Assembly: GCA_038891095.1 (NCBI GenBank)
Contig: JAWAEV010000004.1
Location: 570-64,569, forward strand
DNA: 64,000 bases
Source: Candidatus Altiarchaeota archaeon
Lineage (GTDB): Archaea > Altiarchaeota > Altiarchaeia > IMC4 > QMZM01
Direction of reading: 5' to 3'
The position numbers and the translations under genes were made by a program. Positions within the stretch are counted from its first letter, which is position 1. Every line of letters begins with the position of its first letter. The notes beneath the pieces are model-generated. The model saw only the letters and a program-made list of their open reading frames with translations. It ran no database searches and had not been told where the DNA came from. Below, in pieces: positions 1-7,512 of this stretch.

Positions 1-50
1 ATATTGTTATATATTCTAAAGAGTAAATAAAAGAATAAATAAAAGTAAAA

Positions 51-389
51 ATGACAAAGCTATTACCCCCAACTCTAAGAGAGAGAAATCGATATCTTGC
101 TTTTGAAATTATTTCTGAGAGAAAATTTTCTAAGGAGGATGTTACAAAGGCGATATGGAATTCTGTGTTGAAATTCTTAGGTGAACTTGGTACAGGAAAA
201 ACAAGTTTAAGATTAATTGAATGGAATGAAGAAAAACAGCATGGAATTATAAAGGTTAATCATAAGTCTGTTGATGAGATTAGAGCGGCGATCGCATTGA
301 TAAAGGAAATTAATTCTATTCCAATTATTCCAAGAGTGCTAGGAGTCTCTGGGACAATAAAAAAAACAAGGGAAAGGTGGTTAAGTTAG
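51..389 (+). CDS. rnp2: RNase P protein component 2 (Pop5/Rnp2 family)
   Basis: 112 aa. The N-terminus LLPPTLRERNRYLAFEI is the archaeal Pop5 signature and the size is typical. A tRNA gene lies next to it. Confidence 0.8.
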   Translation: MTKLLPPTLRERNRYLAFEIISERKFSKEDVTKAIWNSVLKFLGELGTGKTSLRLIEWNEEKQHGIIKVNHKSVDEIRAAIALIKEINSIPIIPRVLGVSGTIKKTRERWLS

Positions 390-520
390 GATTTTGTAAG
401 AATAGTAAGATAACTATAGTTGTATTACCTCTGTAGACCATCACTAATCTCCTTTGTTATCTTAATTAGATGTTCAAGTACAATCTTTGTCAATTGTCTA
501 AAATCATAAAAACAAAAATA

Positions 521-563
521 TGTCACCACTGAGATTTGAACTACCGCAGGAACCTAAGGCTCC
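521..563 (-). other. tRNA-like 3' fragment (T-arm/acceptor remnant) plus a small hairpin; not a complete tRNA
   Basis: Positions 526-542 (ccactgagatttgaact) match 682-698 of the tRNA-Ile gene at 16 of 17 nt. The T stem is disrupted by a 4 nt insertion (CTG[CGGT]AG) and no complementary 5' acceptor strand exists upstream. Positions 549-563 form a GGAACC/GGCTCC hairpin. Confidence 0.3.
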
Positions 564-654
564 TTCAGTCTTAAGTTCTCTCTAATTCTTTACCTTGAAA
601 TTTTTTGGATAACTAAACCCTCGAAGAGGACCCATTTTCTTTCCCTAACGCTTT

Positions 655-676
655 ATTTTTTCAAAAAAGGGCTGAA
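655..676 (-). terminator. Oligo-T tract immediately downstream of tRNA-Ile (candidate archaeal terminator, T-runs on both strands)
   Basis: The minus strand reads CCCTTTTTTGAAAAAATAAAG directly after the tRNA 3' end. Archaeal RNA polymerase terminates at oligo-T tracts. Confidence 0.3.
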
Positions 677-751
677 TGGGCCCGCTGAGATTTGAACTCA
701 GGACCTTTCGATTATCAGTCGAACGCTCCAACCAGGCTGAGCTACGGGCCC
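677..751 (-). tRNA. tRNA-Ile (anticodon GAT)
   Basis: The reverse complement GGGCCCGTAGCTCAGCCTGGTTGGAGCGTTCGACTGATAATCGAAAGGTCCTGAGTTCAAATCTCAGCGGGCCCA folds as a cloverleaf. It has a 7 bp acceptor stem, a GCTC/GAGC D stem, a TTCGA/TCGAA anticodon stem with loop CTGATAA, and a CTGAG/CTCAG T stem with a TTCAAAT loop. CCA is not encoded. Confidence 0.9.
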
Positions 752-803
752 TTATTTTAATTGATAAATTTATTGAAATTGAGAAAATAAAAATAACACC
801 TCT

Positions 804-2810
804 TTATTTCTTTACCTTTCTTGTATCGCAATTTGGATTTGAGCAAAATGTAGCTGCTTTTTCAGTAAGAGTTATTTTTGCATATCCACAAATTTCACAT
901 TTCCCTTCAACAATTAAATTTCCTTTTGGTAATGGAAATGTGAATTTACAGTTAGGATATTTGTCACATCCAATGAATTTTCCATGTCTTGAGGTTCTTA
1001 TGACCAAATTGCCATCACATCTAAGGCATTTACCAAGGATTTCAGTATTCTTGTTTTCAAGAGCAGTTTTTAGTTCTTTTCCAATGAGTATTTCATTTTT
1101 CTTAAACTCAGCAAGAATTCTCTCAAGAGTTTTCTTGCCCTCATCAATAACTTTATCACTTGAAATTTTTCCAAGTTCTATTGCTTCCATTTCCTTCTCA
1201 AATTTTCTTGTTAGTTCCTCACTTAAGACATCTGGACAGTATTTTTCGAGGGTATCAACAACTCTTAGACCAAGAGGTGTTACCTCTATACTCTTTCCAC
1301 GGAGATAATTCCTCTTGAATAAAATTTCTAAAATTTGAGCGCGAGTTGCTTTAGTGCCAAGATTTCTTTTTTCCATCTCTCTTATGATTGATGCTGGCGT
1401 ATACCTCTTAGGTGGCTTTGTTTTTTTCTCATGCATTTTCAGCTCCTTAACATTTAGAATTTCACCTTCATTTATCTCAGGTAATTCAATCTCATCAAAT
1501 TTTGCATATTTTCCATAGAGCAAGTGCCAGCCTTTTTCAACAGTTATTATACCATTAGCAATAAACTTCTCTGTATTGCTATCAAATTCAATTTGTTCTA
1601 TTTCTCGAATTGCTGCATCTCCAAAAGTTGCCATAAATCTCCTTACAATTAGATCATAAATTTTTTTTTGTTGCTCACCTAAGGATGTCGGGATTTCGCC
1701 AGTTGGATAAATCGCAGGATGTGCAGGATCTGTTTTTTTGCCATTATTTGGTTTAAGATTTTTTTTCTTCAAGAGAAGATCACAACAGTCACTATACTCC
1801 CCAATCTTTTTTAATTTTTCTAATATTCCAACATAGTTTATTTCAGGTGGTAATTTCTGCGAGGAAGTTCTTGGATAACTTATATATGCATTGGTATATA
1901 ACTCCTGAGCAATTTGTAAAGTTTTTGCGGGACTTATGTTATGATGTCTATAAGCTTCAGTTTGTAAAGTTGTTAAGTCAAATGGAAATGGCGCTAATTG
2001 TTTTTCTCTTTTTTTCACAACTTTTATTACTTTAGCAAGAGTTGAACATTTTTCTTTAGTTTTTAAGGCCTTTTCTTTATCCCAAAATTTCTTCTGCTCG
2101 TGAAAAGCACTAAAAATTTTCCCATCTTTTTCTAAAATTAGCTCCAACTCCCAATATTTCTTTGGAATAAATTTTTTTATTTCTCTATCACGAATTGATA
2201 AAATTTTAAGAGTTGGTCCTTGGACTCTGCCAATACTTAAAGTTACATAGCCTTTAGCTTTTCTTATCGCTAATGTTAATGCTCTCGATAAATTTATTCC
2301 CCAATACCAGTCAAGAATATGTCTCGTTAAACCAGCATATGCCATACCTTTATTTGGTTTTTCTAAATTTTTGTAAGCATTCAGAATTTCATTATCTGTA
2401 AGAGTGGAAAATTTCATTCTTGCAACATTCTCACCAAGAGGTTCTACTTTGCATGAATGTTTCAGTATATTATATGCAATTACTTCGCCTTCAATATCAT
2501 AGTCACAAGCATTTATGAACCTATTGCATATTTTTGCTAAATTTTCGATATTTTCTAAGTACTTTTTTGTAAAATCTAAATTTTTGTTTATAAGATAACT
2601 TGCAACCCAATTAATCTCAAATACAGGGTAGTGCCAACCTCTACTATCTTTTTCCACTAAAGAATAAAGATGTCCCACAGCAGGCACAACAATATTGTCA
2701 TCTACTTCATAATATGCAACTCCATTATCTAAAATTTTTTTTGCTTTACCTAATGCTCTTGCAATTCTTTCAGCAACATTTGGTTTTTCAGTCAAAATTA
2801 GGGTCCGCAT
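804..2810 (-). CDS. topA: DNA topoisomerase, type IA (archaeal TopA/Topo III-like) with C-terminal zinc ribbons
   Basis: 668 aa. Toprim motifs are present (LILTEKP and ACDYDIEGE). The active-site Tyr motif is ISYPRTSS. C-terminal CxxC zinc ribbons are present (CLRCDG...CDKYPNC, CEICG...CSNPNC). Confidence 0.9.
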   Translation of the reverse strand: MRTLILTEKPNVAERIARALGKAKKILDNGVAYYEVDDNIVVPAVGHLYSLVEKDSRGWHYPVFEINWVASYLINKNLDFTKKYLENIENLAKICNRFINACDYDIEGEVIAYNILKHSCKVEPLGENVARMKFSTLTDNEILNAYKNLEKPNKGMAYAGLTRHILDWYWGINLSRALTLAIRKAKGYVTLSIGRVQGPTLKILSIRDREIKKFIPKKYWELELILEKDGKIFSAFHEQKKFWDKEKALKTKEKCSTLAKVIKVVKKREKQLAPFPFDLTTLQTEAYRHHNISPAKTLQIAQELYTNAYISYPRTSSQKLPPEINYVGILEKLKKIGEYSDCCDLLLKKKNLKPNNGKKTDPAHPAIYPTGEIPTSLGEQQKKIYDLIVRRFMATFGDAAIREIEQIEFDSNTEKFIANGIITVEKGWHLLYGKYAKFDEIELPEINEGEILNVKELKMHEKKTKPPKRYTPASIIREMEKRNLGTKATRAQILEILFKRNYLRGKSIEVTPLGLRVVDTLEKYCPDVLSEELTRKFEKEMEAIELGKISSDKVIDEGKKTLERILAEFKKNEILIGKELKTALENKNTEILGKCLRCDGNLVIRTSRHGKFIGCDKYPNCKFTFPLPKGNLIVEGKCEICGYAKITLTEKAATFCSNPNCDTRKVKK

Positions 2811-2915
2811 TTTAATTAACTTTTGAAAGTAATATAAAAGGATTTATATATAAGTAAATACAAATTAAACAGAATATATTAACAAATAAAAATAAAAAGA
2901 TAACAAGCGATAAAA
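2811..2915. promoter_or_regulatory. Divergent promoter region between topA and the P-loop kinase gene
   Basis: A 105 bp AT-rich spacer separates divergent starts. It contains TTTATATA (2843-2850), which matches the archaeal TATA consensus TTTAWATA. Confidence 0.3.
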
Positions 2916-3470
2916 TTGGCACTAATTATCGGAATTACAGGAAAAATTGGTGCTGGAAAAACAGCATCCTCTGCGTATATATCTGAAAAATATAACGCTG
3001 CAGTTTATAGATTTTCACAAATTTTACTTGATATATTGCATAGACTCTATTTAGAACCAACAAGAGAAAATTTTCAGAGGATTGGCGCTTGCTTGAGAAA
3101 AGGTATAAATAAGAATGTAATTGTAGATGCACTAAGAAAGGATATTGAAAAAGAAAAATCTGAGATAATTGTGATCGATGGAATTCGCTATTTAAATGAA
3201 GTTCAAATGCTAAGGAAGTTTGATAGAAATGTGCTCCTTGCAGTTGATGCACCACTTGAGTTAAGATACATTAGATGTAAAGAGAGAAATGAAAAAAGCG
3301 AGGAAACAAAAATGACCTTAGAAGAATTTATTGAATCAGAAAGAAGAGAAACTGAGAGAGAACTCTCAACTGTTCTTAAGAAAGCAGATTATTGGATTGA
3401 TAACTCTGGTAGTAGAGAAGAACTTATGAAGAAAATTGATGAAATTCTTATAAATTTACTCAAGGATTAA
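2916..3470 (+). CDS. P-loop nucleotide kinase-like protein (dephospho-CoA kinase / dNMP kinase-like fold)
   Basis: 184 aa. The Walker A motif GITGKIGAGKT sits at the N-terminus, and size and layout fit small nucleotide kinases. The apparent start codon is TTG. Substrate is not assignable by eye. Confidence 0.5.
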   Translation: MALIIGITGKIGAGKTASSAYISEKYNAAVYRFSQILLDILHRLYLEPTRENFQRIGACLRKGINKNVIVDALRKDIEKEKSEIIVIDGIRYLNEVQMLRKFDRNVLLAVDAPLELRYIRCKERNEKSEETKMTLEEFIESERRETERELSTVLKKADYWIDNSGSREELMKKIDEILINLLKD

Positions 3471-4401
3471 TGTAAATTACTTCCAAAAAACTACCTTCTT
3501 TATCTTCAAATGAAAATTCAACATAATTCTCTTTAATATTACAATCTATATCCTTTGGGAGAATTTGAAATGTGCCATCTTGTAATCTTTTCTTCTCTCT
3601 GAGAATTTCTGCAACATCAAACATATGTAAGCCAGAATTCGAAATTTTCTGACTTCCTAATAATATTCCAGATTTAAATTCAACTAAAGGATCTTGTTCA
3701 TTGTATATATAATAGAGATTTATATCCATAGGAGCACTGAGTTTTGAGACATAAAGATAAATACCTGCACCAAGAATTTCAGCTTTATCTGGCAGTTGAC
3801 TTAACTCAAATTTTAAATTAGCTACCCTCTCTTTTTTTCTCCCTTTCATGTTAAGGCATTCATAACCAATATAAAATTTATTACCATTAACATCAAAGCT
3901 ATAAAAAAATTCTTTTTCTAATTGTTCAGAATGTTCTATATAAATTTGCTTTACTTCATAGGGTTTCAAAAACAATTTGTTAATTACCCATTTAATAACG
4001 CTATTACTACTTTTCTCTCCAAATTTGGAATACTCATAGTCAACTTGAATATAAAAAGCAAGACTTGGCTCTGGTGTTAAGATAATAGAGCATAATGTTT
4101 TTTCTTTTGGTAAAATAATCCTGCTATTACATGAAAAATTTTTTATCATAAAGTTTGAAGAAATGTTTCTTATAAGAATTTCATAAGATCCACTATTTTC
4201 TATTATAACCTCTATTAGTGTTTCTCTAACAGAAATTATGGCTTCTCTATCCATTTTTTTTACAGATATGGAGATTAAATTCTCTAACTGCTCTGTTTTA
4301 TTTGATTTCTCAAAACTTAAAAACATAATATATGAGAAAATTAAAAATGCTAAGATGGATAAAGCCAATATAAACTTTTTTTTACTTTCCATATTTTTCA
4401 T
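3460..4401 (-). CDS. Membrane-anchored hypothetical protein, last gene of the pilin-like operon
   Basis: 313 aa with an N-terminal signal anchor (KKKFILALSILAFLIFSYIMFL). Its start overlaps the stop of the Mre11-like gene by 20 nt. No recognisable domain. Confidence 0.5.
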   Translation of the reverse strand: MKNMESKKKFILALSILAFLIFSYIMFLSFEKSNKTEQLENLISISVKKMDREAIISVRETLIEVIIENSGSYEILIRNISSNFMIKNFSCNSRIILPKEKTLCSIILTPEPSLAFYIQVDYEYSKFGEKSSNSVIKWVINKLFLKPYEVKQIYIEHSEQLEKEFFYSFDVNGNKFYIGYECLNMKGRKKERVANLKFELSQLPDKAEILGAGIYLYVSKLSAPMDINLYYIYNEQDPLVEFKSGILLGSQKISNSGLHMFDVAEILREKKRLQDGTFQILPKDIDCNIKENYVEFSFEDKEGSFLEVIYINP

Positions 4402-5497
4402 ACAACTCTAAGCAAACTTTCTTTAATTCTCCTTCATCTTTTAGGCCAGATTTCTCAAAATATTCTTCAATTAACTCTGCACTTAATTCAATTCTCTCTA
4501 TTGTAACTTCCTTTGCCTTGTCAGTTTTTGGGATTATGTTTACATCTAAAATTGTGAAATTTTTATATATCGTTTGCCAATCACGCTTTATCTCAAAAAT
4601 ATCTCCCTTTATTTTAACATCTATATCAATCTGTAAGCATTTTACATCAGAGTTCTCTTCTATCAATTTCTTTATTCTTTCATTTATCTCCTCTGGAGTT
4701 TTCTCCTCATCATAGTACTCTTTTATAACTCTCATTTTTGCAGATCTCACTTCTATAAATTCTGGAGATGAAAAATTTAGATCATGAAAAACAAGAAAAC
4801 CATTTTTATTTTCACTTTCATTGAAACTTATTCGCTCAGTACTTCCAACATAAAACGCAGGTACATCGGAAATTTCTTCAATCTTTTTGTGCTTGTGTAA
4901 ATGCCCGAGAAGAATCAAATCAAATTTTTTTGCAAAAATTTTTATAATTTGCAGGGAAATTTCATGAGGTTCAAGATAATTCTGCAAAGCTTGATGAAGA
5001 CAAAGTATATTAACTATATCTTTTCCTTTTGAACTAATTTCTGAGGAGATTTTTTCGAGAATTTTTTCAGCATTCTCTTTATTGCGAGTGTACTCAAAAC
5101 CATGTATAGAAAATTTTTTTTCATTGATAAGGAAATTTATATGAGGTGTTGTGCTATTTAAAACATAAATGTTGCTATGAATTTCCGAGAAAAAATTTAA
5201 ATATGTTGTATCTAAGCTACCTTCAATTTCGTGATTTCCAATACAAAGAATAACTTTACATTTTTCAGCAATTTTTCGAATTGTTTTTATTGCAAGATGT
5301 AATGTTCTTGCATCTGGCTTTGGGTAATGAAATAAATCTCCAAGAAAAATTACAAGAATTGGATTGAATCGCATTGCTTTTTCTATGGCATCTTTAAATG
5401 CATTTTCATAATCAATTAATCTTTGATGCTTCAATCTATGCCTATAACCTAAATGGCAATCAGATATAACACAAATTTCGTTCATTTTTAAATGCAT
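4382..5497 (-). CDS. mre11: Mre11/SbcD-family metallophosphoesterase (DNA double-strand-break repair nuclease-like)
   Basis: All five calcineurin-like/Mre11 motifs are present in order: SDCHLG, LGDLFH, IGNHE, LCLHQ, LGHLHKH. There is no signal peptide. Start is ATG at 5497 or at 5485, which lies 2 nt after the upstream stop. Confidence 0.8.
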   Translation of the reverse strand: MHLKMNEICVISDCHLGYRHRLKHQRLIDYENAFKDAIEKAMRFNPILVIFLGDLFHYPKPDARTLHLAIKTIRKIAEKCKVILCIGNHEIEGSLDTTYLNFFSEIHSNIYVLNSTTPHINFLINEKKFSIHGFEYTRNKENAEKILEKISSEISSKGKDIVNILCLHQALQNYLEPHEISLQIIKIFAKKFDLILLGHLHKHKKIEEISDVPAFYVGSTERISFNESENKNGFLVFHDLNFSSPEFIEVRSAKMRVIKEYYDEEKTPEEINERIKKLIEENSDVKCLQIDIDVKIKGDIFEIKRDWQTIYKNFTILDVNIIPKTDKAKEVTIERIELSAELIEEYFEKSGLKDEGELKKVCLELYEKYGK

Positions 5498-7512
5498 CTA
5501 CCATCAATGCACTGATTATAACCGCAATAATATGTGGTAGAGTATACATTATTACCTGAGCAATAATACTCTCTTAATCTACTTGAAGTTATGCAATAAT
5601 CATAATAATAAAGACCATATCTTAGTACATAGCCATAAGTATAATAATTCTGACCACCGTCTGAATCATAGCATACTAATGTTGTGGTTGTTGTGCTAAT
5701 TGTAGTTGTTGTGGTTGTCATTGTTGTTGTAGTCGTTGTTGTAAAGCCTCCACAGGAGTTTGGAGGAGCGCACCATGTTGCTAATCCAGAACAAGATTCA
5801 TCGCACCATTCTATTATGTCAGGACCTTCTGGTGGAGGTATATGTATCACTTTGATATTCCACACACAGTTATTGTTTATGCAGTTAACACATGTATCAT
5901 AGGTGCTACATGCTACCATAGTTGTAGTAGTTGTTGCTATCGTCGTAGTTTGTATGGTTGTTGTGCTAATTGTAGTCGTTGTGGTTGTTGTTATTGTTGT
6001 TGTAGTGATTGATGTTGTTGTGGTTGTTGTAGTAGTTGTTGATGTTGTTGTACTGGTTTGTTCTGTAATATTGTATTTCTCCATATGTTGGCAATCTAAT
6101 CTAAACTTATAGCCAAATGTATTGCAAATTCCTTGAATTTCCTCTCCATAAATGTTTTGCCAATATAGATAATCCACCCATGAGGCATTTTCATTTATAG
6201 AAATTTCATGAGAGATTAGTTCATAAATATCGACAATACTCTCAATCCCAATTCTTGTTTCATTAAAAAATTGCTTAGATTGATTTAGATATTTTGATCC
6301 TAAGAAATAATTCCCATCTAATCTATCAAAGAAACTCCCACCTGGTGGGTATCTTTCAGAGCAATTTAAACCATAAGTGTCAATATCGCTAATCCCATAG
6401 CATGATGAGACATTTAACTCTTCTAAGGAAATTCCCCTTAACACAGTATGTTTAGATGGAGAATTTCTAATCCATATACACACACCTTCAGTTAAATTTA
6501 AATCATGAGTGCCATAAACATATGTTGATGTTATATTCGGGTCTCCACCAACATCTTGGTAGTCTATAACCCCAGCAAATTTATCTAGGCATTCCTTTAT
6601 TGTAGGATTGTTAATTAGGCCATATGCTTGATCAAATACAATAATTTTATTCTCTTTATTTGGAACTCCACAAACTTTATCATATAAATTTTCACCACCT
6701 AAATTTGAATATAAAACAGCTGTTCCTGTGCTGGTTCCATTACCGCTCGTTCCATTACCTATGACTCTATTTAGATTTATTGTCATGGAACAATTATAAA
6801 TGTATTTTATAATTTGTGCATTTGTGTTTAGTGGATACAACGGGTCTTCTAAGCCGATGATTGGGGTTATAGAAATAACACTTGTTGGAGTTTCTCTATA
6901 GAAGCACATACCTCTTTCATCTTTCGATGAAATTTCATTTTCAATAATAATTGCAAAATTCCATGCATCTTTTGGAATAACTTTAATTTCTTTAAGGCTC
7001 ATGTTAGTTAAAAAGTGCATTCTCCTACCATGCAATAAAATTCTCTCTATCCATTCCCTCAAAGTGTGGTTTACCATATATGTTACATTCTCTCCGTAGA
7101 GAGTTCCACATAACACAAGTTCTGAAATTGCTGCTTCTGAGCCATTTTCAGTATATATAAAATTTTCGCAGTTAACGCCACACATTTTATTGCAATTAAA
7201 TTTATAATTTTCAAAACCTTGACCTTTTTCAACTACTTGACCTATGGCATAAATTGCTGCTCTTCTGCCAAATATAACAACTGCCCTTTGTAAATCTCTT
7301 TTAACATCTTCAATCCAATAATGTAGTTCTTCACAGCGTATTTTCTCGGACTCGTCTGTTATTTCACTTTTGGATTGGTTCATATAGAAGGAAACTAAGA
7401 GTAGAAGAGGAATTACTAAAAAAGCTATTGCTAATGTAAAAAAAATTCCTTTCTTTACCCTTCTTTCTCTCATTATTAAATTTTTTATTTTTAAATTTAT
7501 TCTATTTTTCAT
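5488..7512 (-). CDS. Secreted pilin-like protein with two poly-Thr linkers, a PSI-like Cys domain and a C-terminal Cys/Tyr-rich domain
   Basis: The class III-like N-terminus is RRVKKG|IFFTLAIAFLVIPLLLL. ATG at 7510-7512 forms an ATGA overlap with the upstream stop (the ORF track extends to a TTG at 7548). The PSI-like domain is at 5746-5916. The C-terminal CYDSDGG...EYYC...C domain is at 5491-5679. Confidence 0.7.
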   Translation of the reverse strand: MKNRINLKIKNLIMRERRVKKGIFFTLAIAFLVIPLLLLVSFYMNQSKSEITDESEKIRCEELHYWIEDVKRDLQRAVVIFGRRAAIYAIGQVVEKGQGFENYKFNCNKMCGVNCENFIYTENGSEAAISELVLCGTLYGENVTYMVNHTLREWIERILLHGRRMHFLTNMSLKEIKVIPKDAWNFAIIIENEISSKDERGMCFYRETPTSVISITPIIGLEDPLYPLNTNAQIIKYIYNCSMTINLNRVIGNGTSGNGTSTGTAVLYSNLGGENLYDKVCGVPNKENKIIVFDQAYGLINNPTIKECLDKFAGVIDYQDVGGDPNITSTYVYGTHDLNLTEGVCIWIRNSPSKHTVLRGISLEELNVSSCYGISDIDTYGLNCSERYPPGGSFFDRLDGNYFLGSKYLNQSKQFFNETRIGIESIVDIYELISHEISINENASWVDYLYWQNIYGEEIQGICNTFGYKFRLDCQHMEKYNITEQTSTTTSTTTTTTTTTSITTTTITTTTTTTISTTTIQTTTIATTTTTMVACSTYDTCVNCINNNCVWNIKVIHIPPPEGPDIIEWCDESCSGLATWCAPPNSCGGFTTTTTTTMTTTTTTISTTTTTLVCYDSDGGQNYYTYGYVLRYGLYYYDYCITSSRLREYYCSGNNVYSTTYYCGYNQCIDGRCI
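5917..6060 (-). repeat. Poly-threonine linker-coding tract (ACN codon run); a second tract lies at 5680-5742
   Basis: It translates to TSTTTSTTTTTTTTTSITTTTITTTTTTTISTTTIQTTTIATTTTT. The antisense strand gives spurious poly-Val ORFs. Confidence 0.9.

Noticed and set aside
521-640. A complete second tRNA (possibly intron-containing, class II or split) downstream of tRNA-Ile
   Set aside because: I could not build a cloverleaf. The T stem pairs at only 2 of 5 positions unless 4 nt are deleted. No 5' acceptor strand complementary to TGGTGAC exists within 160 nt, and no bulge-helix-bulge intron motif is apparent. It is kept only as a fragment.
676-1308. A 210 aa plus-strand ORF
   Set aside because: It starts inside the tRNA-Ile gene and runs antisense to the well-supported topoisomerase gene. 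Its sequence is low-complexity and F/L/S-rich, as is typical of antisense frames in AT-rich DNA.
4382-5497. The Mre11-like protein as a secreted nuclease of the pilus operon
   Set aside because: It has no signal peptide or TM segment, and its N-terminus begins directly with the catalytic DxH motif. It is therefore treated as cytoplasmic.
5684-6112. Plus-strand ORFs encoding poly-Val/Ile proteins (5684..5902 and 5903..6112). Similar ORFs occur at 10407..10721, 33472..33717 and 49011..49457.
   Set aside because: They are the antisense reading of ACN-rich poly-Thr linker tracts inside well-supported minus-strand genes. They have no start context and no domain, and their composition is an artefact of the complementary strand.
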